DNA of 64,000 bases, from NCBI GenBank assembly GCA_963819355.1, contig CAWFVZ010000002.1:13771-77770 (forward strand), read 5' to 3'. Every line of letters begins with the position of its first letter. Within the stretch, counting starts at the first letter, position 1. A program made the position numbers and the translations under genes. A model generated the notes under the pieces. The model was not told the origin of the DNA. It saw only the letters and a program-made list of their open reading frames with translations, and ran no database searches. This document shows, one piece after another, positions 1 to 10,778 of this stretch. The stretch is from an uncultured Alphaproteobacteria bacterium (GTDB taxonomy: Bacteria > Pseudomonadota > Alphaproteobacteria > Rhizobiales > Xanthobacteraceae).

Positions 1-469
1 TCTGGCCTCGCTGCGCGACATCGGCTTCCTCGACGCCGCCAAGGCCGGCCAGATCACCTTCGCGGTGTTCCACATCCTGGGCCCCTCGATCGCCTCGCTG
101 GACGAGATCGCCGAAACTGCGGGCTTCATGACCGGCGCGAAATATTTCCTGGTGAAGAACTTCATCAACGATACCCAGTTCTTTCAGTGGGACCAGGCGA
201 CCTACAATTCGTACTTTCACCGCATCAAGGATGCGACCGAGCTGACCATCCCCAAGCTCAACGAAATGGCCTATGAGCAGGTCGAGGTGTCCTCCGTTCC
301 GTTCCTGAAATTCGTCGCCAACAAGGGCATCAACGACGAGGCCGCGAACTATTCGTTCGTGCTGCGCGGTTATGTCCGGCACTGGCTCGCAAACGTCTGG
401 AGCGAGTTCGACCGCATCCACCTGACCGACATTGTCGGCTCCAAGCCCGGCGCCCGCAGCGAAAAATAG
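1..469 (+). CDS. P-loop NTPase-like (ParA/MinD/StbB-like) conserved protein, 5'-truncated by window edge
   Basis: The open frame runs from the window start (LASLRDIGFLDAAKAGQITFAVFHILG...) to TAG at 469. It resembles the C-terminal half of conserved Bradyrhizobium ParA-like proteins. Confidence 0.6.
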   Translation, partial: LASLRDIGFLDAAKAGQITFAVFHILGPSIASLDEIAETAGFMTGAKYFLVKNFINDTQFFQWDQATYNSYFHRIKDATELTIPKLNEMAYEQVEVSSVPFLKFVANKGINDEAANYSFVLRGYVRHWLANVWSEFDRIHLTDIVGSKPGARSEK

Positions 470-527
470 TTACGGAGTCCGACGGATACAGCTGGATTGA
501 GCGGTGCGTTCGCCCAGATAATAGCCC

Positions 528-1199
528 GTGATGCCCGCGACGCCCCTCTACATCATCTGTTCGCCCCGCCCGCAGGTCGGCAAGACGCTGCTGGCGCGGC
601 TTTTGAGCGAATTCCTGCTGCTCAAGAACGGCAACGTCACCGCCTTCGACGTCAATCTGAAGGAGCCGTCGCTGCTCGATTATCTGCCGAAGATCACCGA
701 GACCGCTGACGTGATCGACACCTACGGCAAGATGCAGCTGATGGACCGCGTCATCATCGATGACGGGCTCGCCAAGGTGATTGACCTCGGCTTCCACGCC
801 TTCGACGAGTTCTTCAAGATGACCGACGAGATCGGCCTGCTCAAGGAGGCGGCGCGCCGCCATGTCGCGCCGGTGATCCTGTTCGTCGCCGACACCGACC
901 GCGTCTCGGCCCGCGCCCACGAGATGTTGCGCCAGCAGATCCCAAGGATGAACCTGATCACCGTCGATAATGAGTTCATTATCCGCGGCGAGCTGCCGCC
1001 CGCGATGGAAGGCGGCCGGCTGTTCCGCCTGCCGGCGCTGCCCGGTTTCCTCAAGACCTATATCGACCGGCTGAACTTCTCCTTCACCGGCTATCTGCGC
1101 CAGGAGAAAGACTCGTCGACCGAGTTGCACCAATGGACCCGGCGAAATTACCTCGCCTTTCGCGAGCTTGAGCTCAGCCTGATCCTGCAATCGTCCTAG
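528..1199 (+). CDS. P-loop NTPase-like protein (deviant Walker A)
   Basis: N-terminal ICSPRPQVGKTLLARLL, followed by TAFDVN and KVIDLG strands of the ParA/MinD fold. Confidence 0.7.
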   Translation: MMPATPLYIICSPRPQVGKTLLARLLSEFLLLKNGNVTAFDVNLKEPSLLDYLPKITETADVIDTYGKMQLMDRVIIDDGLAKVIDLGFHAFDEFFKMTDEIGLLKEAARRHVAPVILFVADTDRVSARAHEMLRQQIPRMNLITVDNEFIIRGELPPAMEGGRLFRLPALPGFLKTYIDRLNFSFTGYLRQEKDSSTELHQWTRRNYLAFRELELSLILQSS

Positions 1200-1249
1200 G
1201 TCAAAATTATTACCCGGATAATATTGACTGCGGAGGCGAGCCTGGCTTA

Positions 1250-1624
1250 TTGAAGACGCCCATCAACGTCCTCAGCAAGGGGCCCCTCCCCGTGAACATC
1301 GACCGGAAAGCAGCCATCGCCGCCTACAAGGAGCGGAAGACCATTGCGGGCATCTACGTCGTCCGCTGCGCGGCGTCGGGCGAGGTGTGGGTCGGCCAGG
1401 CCCCGAACCTGGAGACGATCCAGAACCGGATCTGGTTCTCGCTGCGCCAGGGCAGCCACACCTGCCGCAGTCTCCAGACGGCATGGAACACGCATGGCGA
1501 GGCGGGCCTGACGTTTGGCGAATGCGAGCGTCTGGAGGATGAGGAGAGCGGCTATGTCAGGAACGCGCTTCTGAAGGAACGCGCGCTGCATTGGCGGGCC
1601 GAGCTGAAGGCCGAGGCGATCTGA
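1250..1624 (+). CDS. GIY-YIG nuclease family protein
   Basis: AGIYVVRC...VWVG followed by NR. The start codon is uncertain. Confidence 0.7.
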   Translation: MKTPINVLSKGPLPVNIDRKAAIAAYKERKTIAGIYVVRCAASGEVWVGQAPNLETIQNRIWFSLRQGSHTCRSLQTAWNTHGEAGLTFGECERLEDEESGYVRNALLKERALHWRAELKAEAI

Positions 1625-1643
1625 CAACCGCCGCGGCAAAAAC

Positions 1644-2183
1644 TCAATGCCCCTCGAACGTCATCAACGTGCGCACCGGCACGTCCATGGCGCGCAGCTT
1701 GGCGGCGCCTCCGAGCTCGGGCAGGTCGATGATGAAGCAGGCGGCGACGACATTGGCGCCGATCTGTCGCAGCAGCTTCACCGCGCCCTCCGCGGTGCCG
1801 CCGGTGGCGATGAGGTCGTCGACCAGGATGACGCGCTCGCCGGGCTGGATCGCGTCGACATGCATCTCCATCTCGTCGATGCCGTATTCCAGCGAATAGG
1901 CGATGCGCACGGTGGTATGCGGCAGCTTGCCTTTCTTGCGGATCGGCACGAAGCCGGCCGAGACCTGATGCGCCACCGCACCGCCGATGATGAAGCCGCG
2001 CGCCTCCATGCCGGCGACCTTGTCGATCTTGTTGCCGGCCCAGGGATTGACGAGTTCGTCGACCGCGCGGCGGAACGCGCGCGCGTCCGCGAGCAAGGTC
2101 GTGATGTCGCGGAACATGATCCCCGGCTTGGGATAGTCGGGGATCGTGCGGACGCTCGCCTTCAGATCGTGGTCAAAATTCAT
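1644..2183 (-). CDS. apt: adenine phosphoribosyltransferase
   Basis: [27 protein letters not shown] and the PRPP motif [13 protein letters not shown]. Confidence 0.97.
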   Translation of the reverse strand: MNFDHDLKASVRTIPDYPKPGIMFRDITTLLADARAFRRAVDELVNPWAGNKIDKVAGMEARGFIIGGAVAHQVSAGFVPIRKKGKLPHTTVRIAYSLEYGIDEMEMHVDAIQPGERVILVDDLIATGGTAEGAVKLLRQIGANVVAACFIIDLPELGGAAKLRAMDVPVRTLMTFEGH

Positions 2184-2192
2184 GGGTGTCTC

Positions 2193-4359
2193 TCAATTGA
2201 CCGGCACATCCAGCCGGAACGCATTCTCAACGATACGTAGTCCCACCTCATTGCCAAGTGACATCAGCAATTCCGGATGGAACTGCACGCCGCCGACCGG
2301 CAGCGTCTTGTGCTCGAGCGCCATGGCGACACCGTCCTCGGTGCTGGCGGTGACGGACAAGACCTCGGGCATGCTGTCACGCTCGACATAGAGCGAATGA
2401 TAGCGGCCGATGACGATCTCGTTCGGCAGATTGCGCATCAAGCGCCCGCCGCGCACCTGGACCCGCGATGGCCGGCCGTGCGCGGGATGCGTCAATTGCC
2501 CAAGCTCGCCGCCAAAATATTCACCGATCGCCTGCACGCCGAGGCAGACGCCGAACACCGGCAGCTTGTTCTCCAGCGCCGCAGCGATGGTCGTCTTGAT
2601 CCCGAAATCCTCCGGGCGGCCCGGGCCTGGCGACAGCACCAGCAAATCCCACCTCTTCTGCTTGAGCATGTCGAGCGCATGCACATAGCGGACCACTGTG
2701 ACGCTGGCGCCGACCTGGCGGAAATAATCGGCGAGCATGTGGACGAAGCTGTCGTCGTGGTCGATCAGCAGCACCCGCTTGCCCGAACCGGTGGCATCGG
2801 GCGCAAAGGCCGACAGCGGCTTCGGCGGATCGCCGCGCAGCGCCTGGAACAGCGCCGCCGCCTTGACCTGGCATTCGCGATCTTCCGCGGCCGGATCAGA
2901 AGTCAAACAGGCAGGTCGCGCCGACACGCACCTCGGCAAGACCATCCTTCATGCGGATGGTACGGATGGTAAGGCCGGTGTTGATGCTGCCGTCGAAATT
3001 CACCGCGCCGATCGCGCCGGCGTACCAGCGCCGCGGCGAGCGTTCGTGGTCCTCGACGAACTGCATCGCCCACAGCTTCGGCGCGCCGGTGACGGTGACG
3101 GCCCAGGCATGGGTGAGGAATGCATCGAGCGCGTCGAAGCCGGGACGCAGCATGCCCTCGACATGATCGACGGTATGGAACAGCTTTGAGTAGGTCTCGA
3201 TCTGCCGGCGCGCCAGCACCTTGATCGTGCCGGGCACGCAGACACGCGCCTTGTCGTTGCGATCGACGTCGGTGCACATGTTGAGCTCGAACTCATCCTT
3301 CTCCGAGTTCAGGAGCTGGCGGATCTGCTCGGCATCGCCGATCGCATCGGTGCCGCGCGCGATGGTGCCGGAGATCGGGCAGGTCTCGACGCGGCGTCCG
3401 TCCGAGCGCACGAACATCTCTGGCGAGGCCGACACCAGAAACTCGCCGTCGCCGAGATTCATCAGCGCGCCATAGGGCGACGGATTGATGATGCAAAGGC
3501 GCTGGAAGACTTCGGCCGGCGAGCGGTCGCAGGGCTCGGCGAAAAGCTGGCCCGGCACGGCTTCAAAGAGATCGCCACGCGCAAAGGCGGCGCGCGCGGT
3601 CTCGACGGTGGCCTGATATTCGCCGGGGGCGTGATCGGCAAAGCCCTGGCGCGGCGTCTTCTGATACGGACTGTCAGCCGTCTCGCGCGACAGGCCTTCG
3701 GTGGACTTGCCCTTCCACGTGAAATCGTAACTCAGCACCACGCCGCGGCCGGTGGCGCGATCATAGGCCAGCAAGCGATCGGGGACATAGAGCACGATGT
3801 CCCGCTGGTCCTGCTCGCGCGGACGCTTCTGCACGAGGTCCTCGATCTGGAACACGAGGTCGTAGGCGAAGGCACCGAACAGGCCGAGCAGCCCGTCGTC
3901 GTTGGCGGAGAAGGCGGCGACGAGATCGCGCACCAGCGACATCACGCTGGCGCGCCGCGTGCGCTGGTCTTCCTCGATCGGGGCATCACCCCGGATGATG
4001 TGGCCGGACAGGCGCATGGCGGTCTTCTCGGCGATCACCACGCAGGGCTCGCGCAGGACATCGGCGAGGAAGGCGATCAGCACCTGCCCGCGTTCATTGA
4101 GCGCTTCCAGCTTGAAATTGACGCCAACGGTCTCAAGCTTGAGCGGCGGATCGGAGAAGCCGAGGTCAAAGCTCTCATAACGACCCGGCACGGTCGTGCC
4201 CGACGACAGCACCACGCCGCGTCGGCGGTCGAGCAGGCTGACGAGATCGTCGAGCCTGTTGGCGCCGCCGGTAAACTGCTCCGCCACGCGCGTGATCGCG
4301 AGACCTGAGCGGGTCACATAGTCGCTTCTGGCCGGGAGGGCAAAGACAGTCCTGTTCAT
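2193..4359 (-). CDS. trpE: fused anthranilate synthase TrpE(G), split by a +1 frameshift near 2900 (probably a sequencing error)
   Basis: The TrpE part (SPYG, SASPE, CPISGT, EKDEFELNMCTD) is in ORF 2896-4359. The GATase part (LIDHDDSF, SPGPG, GVCLG, RYHSL, QFHPE) is in ORF 2193-2945. Removing one base from GACTTCTGAT restores CLFDSDPAAED. Confidence 0.93.
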
Positions 4360-4444
4360 GGGGTCCTCTTACGAAACTTGCCGAGGGAACGCCACACAGG
4401 ACAAACGATCAGGCCGCCGCACTGCGTGGGCGACCTCAGACGAT

Positions 4445-4495
4445 TTGGGAAAGGAAAATCGCACCGGCCACCTCTTTAGGAGGTGCGCCACCAAA
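4445..4495 (-). promoter_or_regulatory. trp attenuator hairpins
   Basis: Alternative pairings CGCACC/GGTGCG and ACCTC/GAGGT, followed by a U-rich tract (ATTTTCCTTT), overlap the trpL stop. Confidence 0.75.
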
Positions 4496-4523
4496 GACGG
4501 GTTGGGCGGACGGCGGTGCTCAT
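4476..4523 (-). CDS. trpL: trp attenuator leader peptide MSTAVRPTRLWWRTS
   Basis: A 15-codon ORF with tandem TGG TGG lies ~115 nt upstream of trpE. Confidence 0.9.
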   Translation of the reverse strand: MSTAVRPTRLWWRTS

Positions 4524-4591
4524 GGGGCGGATACTCACCATGGCGCGGGGGCGGCGTCAAGGGCGGCCCCCCGCGACCCGGACGATGGCTG

Positions 4592-5266
4592 TTACCCCAA
4601 ATGCTTCCGGAAAAACTCCGTCGCCCTGCCCCAAGCGAGTTCGGCGGCTTCGCGGTCGTGCACGGCCTGGCGCTGCTCGTTGACGAAGGCGTGCTCGGCG
4701 TCATAGCGGAACAGCTCCAGCGACTTGCCGGCGGCCTTCATGGCTTTCTCGAAGCCGTTGACCAGGTCAGGCGTGCACCAATCGTCCTTGTTGGCGAAAT
4801 GGGCCTGGAGCGGAATCTTGATGTCGGCGGGCTTGGCGGCCTGCTCCGGCGGGATGCCGTAGAACACGACGCCGGCGGCGAGCTCCGGCACATGCACCGA
4901 GCCGATGATCGTCACGGCGCCACCGAGACAGAAGCCGGTCAGGCCGACCTTGCCGCCGTTGCGCGACAGATATTGCGTGGCGCCGCGCACCGTCTGCGTG
5001 GTGGCGTCCATGAAATCGAGCGAGTTCATCTCTTTGCCGGCCGCATCCGTGTCGTGATACGGCACCACCTTGCCCTTGTAGAGATCGGGCGCGAGCGCAT
5101 CGAAGCCGGCGAGCGCAAAGCGGTCGCACAGGCCCTTGATCTGGTCCGACAGCCCCCACCATTCCTGGATCACGACCACGCCCGGCGCGTTGCCGCGCGC
5201 GGCGTTGGCGAGATAGCCCGAGGCGTCCTTGCCGTCCGGGCGTTTGAAGGTGATTGCGGTTCCCAT
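4592..5266 (-). CDS. dienelactone hydrolase family protein
   Basis: VVIQEWWGL, GFCLGG nucleophile and HAF. The start MGTAITF has a GGAGG SD. Confidence 0.92.
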   Translation of the reverse strand: MGTAITFKRPDGKDASGYLANAARGNAPGVVVIQEWWGLSDQIKGLCDRFALAGFDALAPDLYKGKVVPYHDTDAAGKEMNSLDFMDATTQTVRGATQYLSRNGGKVGLTGFCLGGAVTIIGSVHVPELAAGVVFYGIPPEQAAKPADIKIPLQAHFANKDDWCTPDLVNGFEKAMKAAGKSLELFRYDAEHAFVNEQRQAVHDREAAELAWGRATEFFRKHLG

Positions 5267-5341
5267 GGTGTCCTCCGACGCGTTTCTGGGGAATGGTTGG
5301 CGGTATTTTGGCCGCTGGGAGCGCGCGGCGCAATCCACTCT

Positions 5342-5388
5342 CTCGTCATTCCGGGGCGCGCGATAGCGCGAGCCCGAATGACGGCGAG
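5342..5388. repeat. REP-like palindrome (shortened GTCATTCCGGGGCGCG family)
   Basis: CGTCATTCCGGGGCGCGC...GCGCGAGCCCGAATGACG imperfect inverted repeat. Confidence 0.7.
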
Positions 5389-5394
5389 CCAACA

Positions 5395-5418
5395 AAAAGC
5401 CCCCTCGCGGGGGCTTTT
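5395..5418. terminator. intrinsic terminator after fbcH
   Basis: AAAAGCCCCC-TCGC-GGGGGCTTTT. Confidence 0.85.
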
Positions 5419-5442
5419 CATTCTTGTCTCGCCTCAAGCCGC

Positions 5443-7506
5443 TCAGTGCGAGCTGGCCCAGACCTTCTTCTTGGTGAAGTACATCAGGAACGCGAAGATG
5501 ATCAGGAAGACGAAGACCTGGAAGCCGAGGCGCTTGCGCGCTTCCATGTGCGGCTCGGCGGTCCACATCAGGAACGTGGTGACGTCCTTGGTGTATTGCG
5601 CAACGGTGGCCGGCGAGCCGTCGTCATAGGTCACCTGGCCGTCGCTGAGCGGCTTCGGCATCTTGATGGCGTGGCCGGGGAAGTACTTGTTGTAGTACGA
5701 GCCCTCCGGGATGGTGACGCCTTCCGGCACCTTGTCCTCAAAGCCCTCGAGCACCGCCGCGACATAGTCCGGGCCCTGCTCCTGGTACTGGCTGAAGAAG
5801 TCGACCAGGAACATCGGGAAGCCGCGGCCGTAGGAACGCGCCTTGGTGATCAGCGACAGGTCCGGCGGCGCCGCACCACCGTTCGCTGCGCGCGCGGCCT
5901 GCTCGTTCGGGAATGGCGAGGGGAAGTAGTCGGCTGCCCGGCCCGGACGTTCGAACATGTCGCCGGCGTCGTTCGGGCCGTCCTTGATCTTGTAGTCGGA
6001 AGCAAACGCCGCCACCTGCGCCACCGAATAGCCGGGGCCGCCGGCATCTCCGAGATTGCGGAAAGCGATGTAGGACAGGCCGTGGCAGTTGGCGCAGACC
6101 TCCTTGTAGACCTTCAGGCCGCGCTGGAGCGCGCCGCGGTCGTACTTGCCGAAGGGACCGGCGAACGACCATTTGTTGCCCGGCGGCTTGGTGCCGCCCT
6201 CCTCGGCGCGCGCATCCTGCAAGCTGCCGAGGAACAGCGCGCCGGCGGCGACGAGCGCGACCGCGATGGAGGCCACTGCCTTGCCGCTCTTGGCGAGGAT
6301 CGCCTCCGAGATCGAGTTCGGCACCGGCCGCGGCGTCTCGATGCGCGCGAGCAGCGGCAGCACGATCAGGAAATAGGCGAAGTAGCAGACCGTCAGGACC
6401 CGGCCGGCGATCACGTAGATGCCTTCCGGCGGCTGCGCGCCGAGATAGCCGAGCAGGATGCAGACCGCGACGAAGATCCAGAAGAACTGCTTGGCCAGCG
6501 GACGGTACTTCGACGATTTGGTCTTGGCGGCATCGAGCCAGGGCAGGAAGCACAGGATGATGATCGCCGAGAACATCCCGATCACGCCCGCGAGCTTGTT
6601 CGGGATCGAGCGCAGGATCGCGTAGAACGGCAGGTAATACCATTCCGGCACGATGTGCGGCGGCGTCACGCCCGGGTTCGCCGGAATGTAATTGTCGGCG
6701 TCGCCGAGATAGTTCGGCATGTAGAAGATGAACCAGGCGTAGAGCAGCAGGAAGCAGGCGACGCCGAAGCCGTCCTTGATGGTCGCATGCGGCGTGAACG
6801 GCACCGTGTCCTTTTCCGTCTTCGGCTCGACGCCGTCCGGATTGTTCTGGCCGGCGACGTGCAGCGCCCAGACGTGGAGCACGACGACGCCCGCGATCAG
6901 GAACGGCAGCAGGTAGTGCAGCGAGAAGAAGCGGTTCAGCGTCGGGTTGCCGACCGAATAGCCGCCCCACAACAGCGTCACGATGCTCTCGCCGACATAG
7001 GGAATGGCGGAGAACAGATTGGTGATGACGGTGGCGCCCCAGAAGCTCATCTGGCCCCACGGCAGCACGTAGCCCATGAAGCCCGTTGCCATCATCAGGA
7101 GATAGATGATGACGCCGAGGATCCACAGCACCTCGCGCGGCTCTTTGTAGGAGCCGTAGTAAAGGCCGCGCAGCATGTGGACATAGACCGCGAAGAAGAA
7201 CATCGACGCGCCGCAGGCATGCATGTTGCGCAGCAGCCAGCCGTAATTGACGTCACGGACCAAAAGCTCGACCGACTTGAAGGCGAGATCGGCATGCGGC
7301 GTGTAGTGCATCGCCAGGACCACGCCGGTCAGGATCTGCATCCCGAGCATGAAGGAGAGGATGGCGCCGAACGTCCACCAGTAGTTCAAATTACGCGGGG
7401 TGGGATAAACGACGAACGAAGAATGCATGAGACCCAGGATCGGCAGACGTCGCTCGATCCATTGCAGGGCCGGATTGCTCGGCTGGTAGTCGGATGGTCC
7501 GCTCAT
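5443..7506 (-). CDS. fbcH: cytochrome b/c1 precursor polyprotein of the bc1 complex
   Basis: Cytochrome b motifs (WLLRNMH, PEWY), then an internal signal-like segment ending DARA, then cytochrome c1 CANCH and a C-terminal anchor. Confidence 0.97.
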   Translation of the reverse strand: MSGPSDYQPSNPALQWIERRLPILGLMHSSFVVYPTPRNLNYWWTFGAILSFMLGMQILTGVVLAMHYTPHADLAFKSVELLVRDVNYGWLLRNMHACGASMFFFAVYVHMLRGLYYGSYKEPREVLWILGVIIYLLMMATGFMGYVLPWGQMSFWGATVITNLFSAIPYVGESIVTLLWGGYSVGNPTLNRFFSLHYLLPFLIAGVVVLHVWALHVAGQNNPDGVEPKTEKDTVPFTPHATIKDGFGVACFLLLYAWFIFYMPNYLGDADNYIPANPGVTPPHIVPEWYYLPFYAILRSIPNKLAGVIGMFSAIIILCFLPWLDAAKTKSSKYRPLAKQFFWIFVAVCILLGYLGAQPPEGIYVIAGRVLTVCYFAYFLIVLPLLARIETPRPVPNSISEAILAKSGKAVASIAVALVAAGALFLGSLQDARAEEGGTKPPGNKWSFAGPFGKYDRGALQRGLKVYKEVCANCHGLSYIAFRNLGDAGGPGYSVAQVAAFASDYKIKDGPNDAGDMFERPGRAADYFPSPFPNEQAARAANGGAAPPDLSLITKARSYGRGFPMFLVDFFSQYQEQGPDYVAAVLEGFEDKVPEGVTIPEGSYYNKYFPGHAIKMPKPLSDGQVTYDDGSPATVAQYTKDVTTFLMWTAEPHMEARKRLGFQVFVFLIIFAFLMYFTKKKVWASSH

Positions 7507-7568
7507 GATGCGATCCTGAGGAAATAAAACGACGAGACGGCGCGAAGCTTCGGACGCGGGTCCGAAGC

Positions 7569-8099
7569 TCAGCCGATCTGGATTTTGGTGTCGGAAACGA
7601 ACTGGTACGGCGGCACCGGCAGGTTCGCGGGCGCGGGCCCCTGGCGGATGCGGCCGGACAAATCGTACTGCGAACCATGGCAGGGGCAGAAGAACCCGTC
7701 GTAATTGCCTTCATGAGCGATCGGGATGCAGCCGAGATGGGTGCAGATGCCGATCACGACCAGCCACTGGTCATGGCCGGATTTGACCCGGGCCTCGTCG
7801 GTCTGCGGATCGGGCAGGCTCGCCACGTTGACGGCGCGCGCCTCGTCGATCTGCTTCTTGGTACGGTGGCTGATATAGATCGGCTTGCCACGCCAGAACA
7901 CCTTGATGTCCTGCCCCTCGGCGACCGGGCTCAGATCGACCTCGATCGGCGCACCGGCGGCGATGGTCGAGGCGTCCGGATTCATTTGGGAGATGAAGGG
8001 CCAGAGTGCGACTGCGCCCCCTACTGCTGCGGCAGCCCCCGTTGCAACGAATAAGAAATCACGGCGTGTCGGATGGTCCGCCGAAGACGCTGTCGTCAC
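7569..8099 (-). CDS. fbcF: ubiquinol-cytochrome c reductase Rieske Fe-S subunit
   Basis: Tat motif TRRDFL, plus CTHLGC and CPCHGS boxes. Confidence 0.97.
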   Translation of the reverse strand: MTTASSADHPTRRDFLFVATGAAAAVGGAVALWPFISQMNPDASTIAAGAPIEVDLSPVAEGQDIKVFWRGKPIYISHRTKKQIDEARAVNVASLPDPQTDEARVKSGHDQWLVVIGICTHLGCIPIAHEGNYDGFFCPCHGSQYDLSGRIRQGPAPANLPVPPYQFVSDTKIQIG

Positions 8100-8378
8100 A
8101 ATTCCAACCCTTTCTTCTTATGCTGTCGGCGGAACCGCTCCAGGGGCCCCCAAGGTCCCCAGAACAGTCTGCCGGCGCCCGCGGCCCCCCCGCGGCGGCA
8201 GAACTTCACTTGTCCCCACCAAAACAAGGCGAAAACAGCAGTCCAAAATCGTTCTATTGGCACCCTTGCCGGGCGAGCGCAAGCCCGCTAACGGCGCGGG
8301 AGCGTGCAATGCACGAAATCCGCGGCTAGCGATGTTTTATTGAGACATTTCCGGCCCACAACCAACCAGTCACCGCCC

Positions 8379-8837
8379 ATGCAGATCGCGCTTTTTCAAC
8401 CCGACATCCCCCAGAACACCGGCACGATTCTCAGGCTGTGCGCCTGTCTGGGCATCGCCGCCCATATCATCGAACCTGCCGGCTTCCCGGTCTCCGACCG
8501 GCATTTCCGTCGGGCGGGAATGGACTACCTCGACCATGTCAGCATCACCCGCCACAATTCCTGGTCGAAATTCGAGGACTGGCGCGCGGCACAAGGCTAC
8601 CGCCTGCTGCTGTTCACCACCAAAGCCGCTACCGACTACCGCGATTTCCGTTACCAGACGTCGGACATCCTGCTATTCGGGCGCGAGAGCGCGGGCGTCA
8701 CCGACGCGGTGGTCGAGGCCGCGGATGCGCGGCTGGTGATCCCGATCACCCCGGGATTGCGGTCGCTCAATGTCGCCATGACCGCGGCGATGGCCGCGGG
8801 CGAAGCGCTGCGGCAGGTCCGAAACCCGCAAGTTTGA
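8379..8837 (+). CDS. trmL: tRNA (cytidine/uridine-34 2'-O)-methyltransferase, SPOUT
   Basis: PDIPQNTG, RRAGMDY, LFGRES, RSLN. Confidence 0.93.
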   Translation: MQIALFQPDIPQNTGTILRLCACLGIAAHIIEPAGFPVSDRHFRRAGMDYLDHVSITRHNSWSKFEDWRAAQGYRLLLFTTKAATDYRDFRYQTSDILLFGRESAGVTDAVVEAADARLVIPITPGLRSLNVAMTAAMAAGEALRQVRNPQV

Positions 8838-8855
8838 TGTGTTGAGGAGAGACCA

Positions 8856-9488
8856 TTGAGTTACGCGGTCAAGGAAATCTTCCTGACCCTGCAAGGCGAA
8901 GGCGCCCATGCCGGGCGTGCGTCCGTGTTCTGCCGTTTTGCCGGCTGCAACCTCTGGAGCGGCCGCGAGGCCGACCGCAACGATGCGACCTGCAAATTCT
9001 GCGACACGGATTTCGTCGGCACCGACGGCACGCTCGGCGGCCGCTACGCCTCGGCCATGGAACTCGCCGACACCATCGCCGCGCAATGGACAGCAACGGC
9101 CGCCAACCGCTACGTGGTGCTAACCGGCGGCGAGCCGCTGCTCCAGGTCGATGCGGCCCTGGTCGATGCGCTCCATGCCCGCGGCTTCGAGATCGGCGTC
9201 GAGACCAACGGCACGGTTGCCCCACCGGAGGGGCTCGACTGGATCTGCGTCAGCCCGAAGGGCGGCAGCGAGTTGGTCCTGCGCCATGGCCATGAGCTGA
9301 AGCTGGTCTATCCGCAGGCCCTCGCGGCGCCCGAGGTTTTCGAGGGCCTCGCCTTCGAGCGCTTCTCGCTCCAGCCGATGGACGGGCCCGAGGTCGCCCA
9401 AAACACCGCGCGCGCTATCGACTATTGCCTGCACCACCCGCAATGGCGGCTCAGCGTGCAGACACATAAATCGCTCGGCATCAGATAG
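8856..9488 (+). CDS. queE: 7-carboxy-7-deazaguanine synthase (radical SAM)
   Basis: LQGEG, FCRFAGCNL, CKFCDTDF, LTGGEPLLQ, QTHK. Confidence 0.95.
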   Translation: MSYAVKEIFLTLQGEGAHAGRASVFCRFAGCNLWSGREADRNDATCKFCDTDFVGTDGTLGGRYASAMELADTIAAQWTATAANRYVVLTGGEPLLQVDAALVDALHARGFEIGVETNGTVAPPEGLDWICVSPKGGSELVLRHGHELKLVYPQALAAPEVFEGLAFERFSLQPMDGPEVAQNTARAIDYCLHHPQWRLSVQTHKSLGIR

Positions 9489-9505
9489 GATTGGTTGACG
9501 GACAG

Positions 9506-9872
9506 ATGTGGGAATTGACGAAATCGTTCCGCTTCGAGGCGGCGCATTCGCTGTCGGGAACGACCTTTGGCGCGGCGAGCGAAGAGATCCACGGCCACTC
9601 GTTCCGCGCCGAGGTCACGGTCCGCGGCACGCCGGACCCTGCGACCGGCATGGTGATCGATCTCGGCCTCGTCCAGCGCGCCATCGAGGACGTGCGCGTG
9701 ATGCTCGACCACAAGTTTCTCAACAAGATCGAGGCGCTGGGAATGCCGACGCTGGAAAACCTGTCGCGCTTCGTCTGGGAGCGGCTCGCGCATATCGGCA
9801 AGCTGACCCGCGTCAGCATCCACCGCGACAGTTGCAACGAGAGCTGCACCTATTACGGTCCGCAGGGGCTGA
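9506..9872 (+). CDS. queD: 6-carboxytetrahydropterin synthase; the natural stop is apparently missed because of one extra G
   Basis: FRFEAAH, HGHSF, LDHKFLN, PTLENL. CAGGGGCTGA would read QG-stop with one G fewer. Confidence 0.8.
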
Positions 9873-9889
9873 CACGCATGACATCTACG

Positions 9890-10778
9890 ATGGACCCCAA
9901 TCTGATCGAAGACCGCAAGACGCGCGCCCGCAGCCTGGTTTGAGCATTTGCGCGACGACATCTGCGCGAGCTTCGAGCGGCTGGAGGATGACGCGCCGCA
10001 AAGCCTCTATCCCGGCGAGGCCGGCCGCTTCGCGCGCACGCCCTGGCAGCGCACTGATCACAGCGGCGCCGCCGGCGGGGGCGGCGTGATGTCGATGATG
10101 TCCGGCCGCCTGTTCGAGAAGGTCGGCGTGCACTGCTCGACCGTGCATGGCGAATTCGCGCCCGAGTTTCGTGCGCAGATTCCGGGCGCGGCCGAAGACC
10201 CGCGGTTCTGGGCCTCCGGCATCTCGCTGATCGCGCATCTGCGCAATCCGCACGTGCCGGCCGTGCACATGAACACGCGCTTCGTCGTCACCACCAAGGC
10301 GTGGTTCGGCGGCGGCGCCGATCTCACGCCGGTGCTCGATCGCCGGCGCACGCAGGAGGACGCGGACACGCTCGCCTTCCACGCCGCGATGAAGGAGGCC
10401 TGCGACCAGCCCAACGGCGTTGCCGATTACGACAAGTACAAGAAGTGGTGTGACGAGTATTTCTATTTGCCGCACCGGAAAGAGGCGCGCGGCATCGGCG
10501 GCATCTTCTACGACTGGCACGACAGCGGTGACTGGGACGCCGACCTCGCCTTCACGCAAGATGTCGGCCGCGCCTTCCGGAAGATCTATCCCGAGCTGGT
10601 GCGGCGCAATTTCGCGACCGCATGGACGGTTGCTGATCGCGAGGAGCAATTGATCCGGCGCGGCCGCTACGTCGAATTCAACCTGCTCTACGACCGCGGC
10701 ACCATCTTCGGACTCAAGACCGGCGGCAATGTGGATTCGATCCTGTCGTCGCTGCCGCCGGAGGTGAAATGGCCATGA
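9890..10778 (+). CDS. hemF: oxygen-dependent coproporphyrinogen III oxidase, with a +1 frameshift near 9932
   Basis: [47 protein letters not shown]. The N-terminus [14 protein letters not shown] sits in another frame. Confidence 0.93.

Noticed and set aside
1250-1624. GIY-YIG gene as a homing or defence nuclease
   Set aside because: It has core-like GC, no flanking mobility signs, and appears to be the common short stand-alone type.
2890-2910. Programmed frameshift separating TrpE from TrpG
   Set aside because: There is no slippery heptamer, and the site fits the GANTC error pattern.
5443-7506. Cytochrome b-c1 fusion as a novelty
   Set aside because: This is the established Bradyrhizobium FbcH precursor.
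5254-7527. Long antisense ORFs (also 20883-22898, 26530-28131, 35336-37021, 41493-42506, 55030-56151)
   Set aside because: They are shadow frames of high-GC genes with strong codon bias, show no motifs, and fully overlap confident genes.
9491-9943. QueD with a C-terminal extension resembling the HemF N-terminus
   Set aside because: It results from two nearby single-base insertions.
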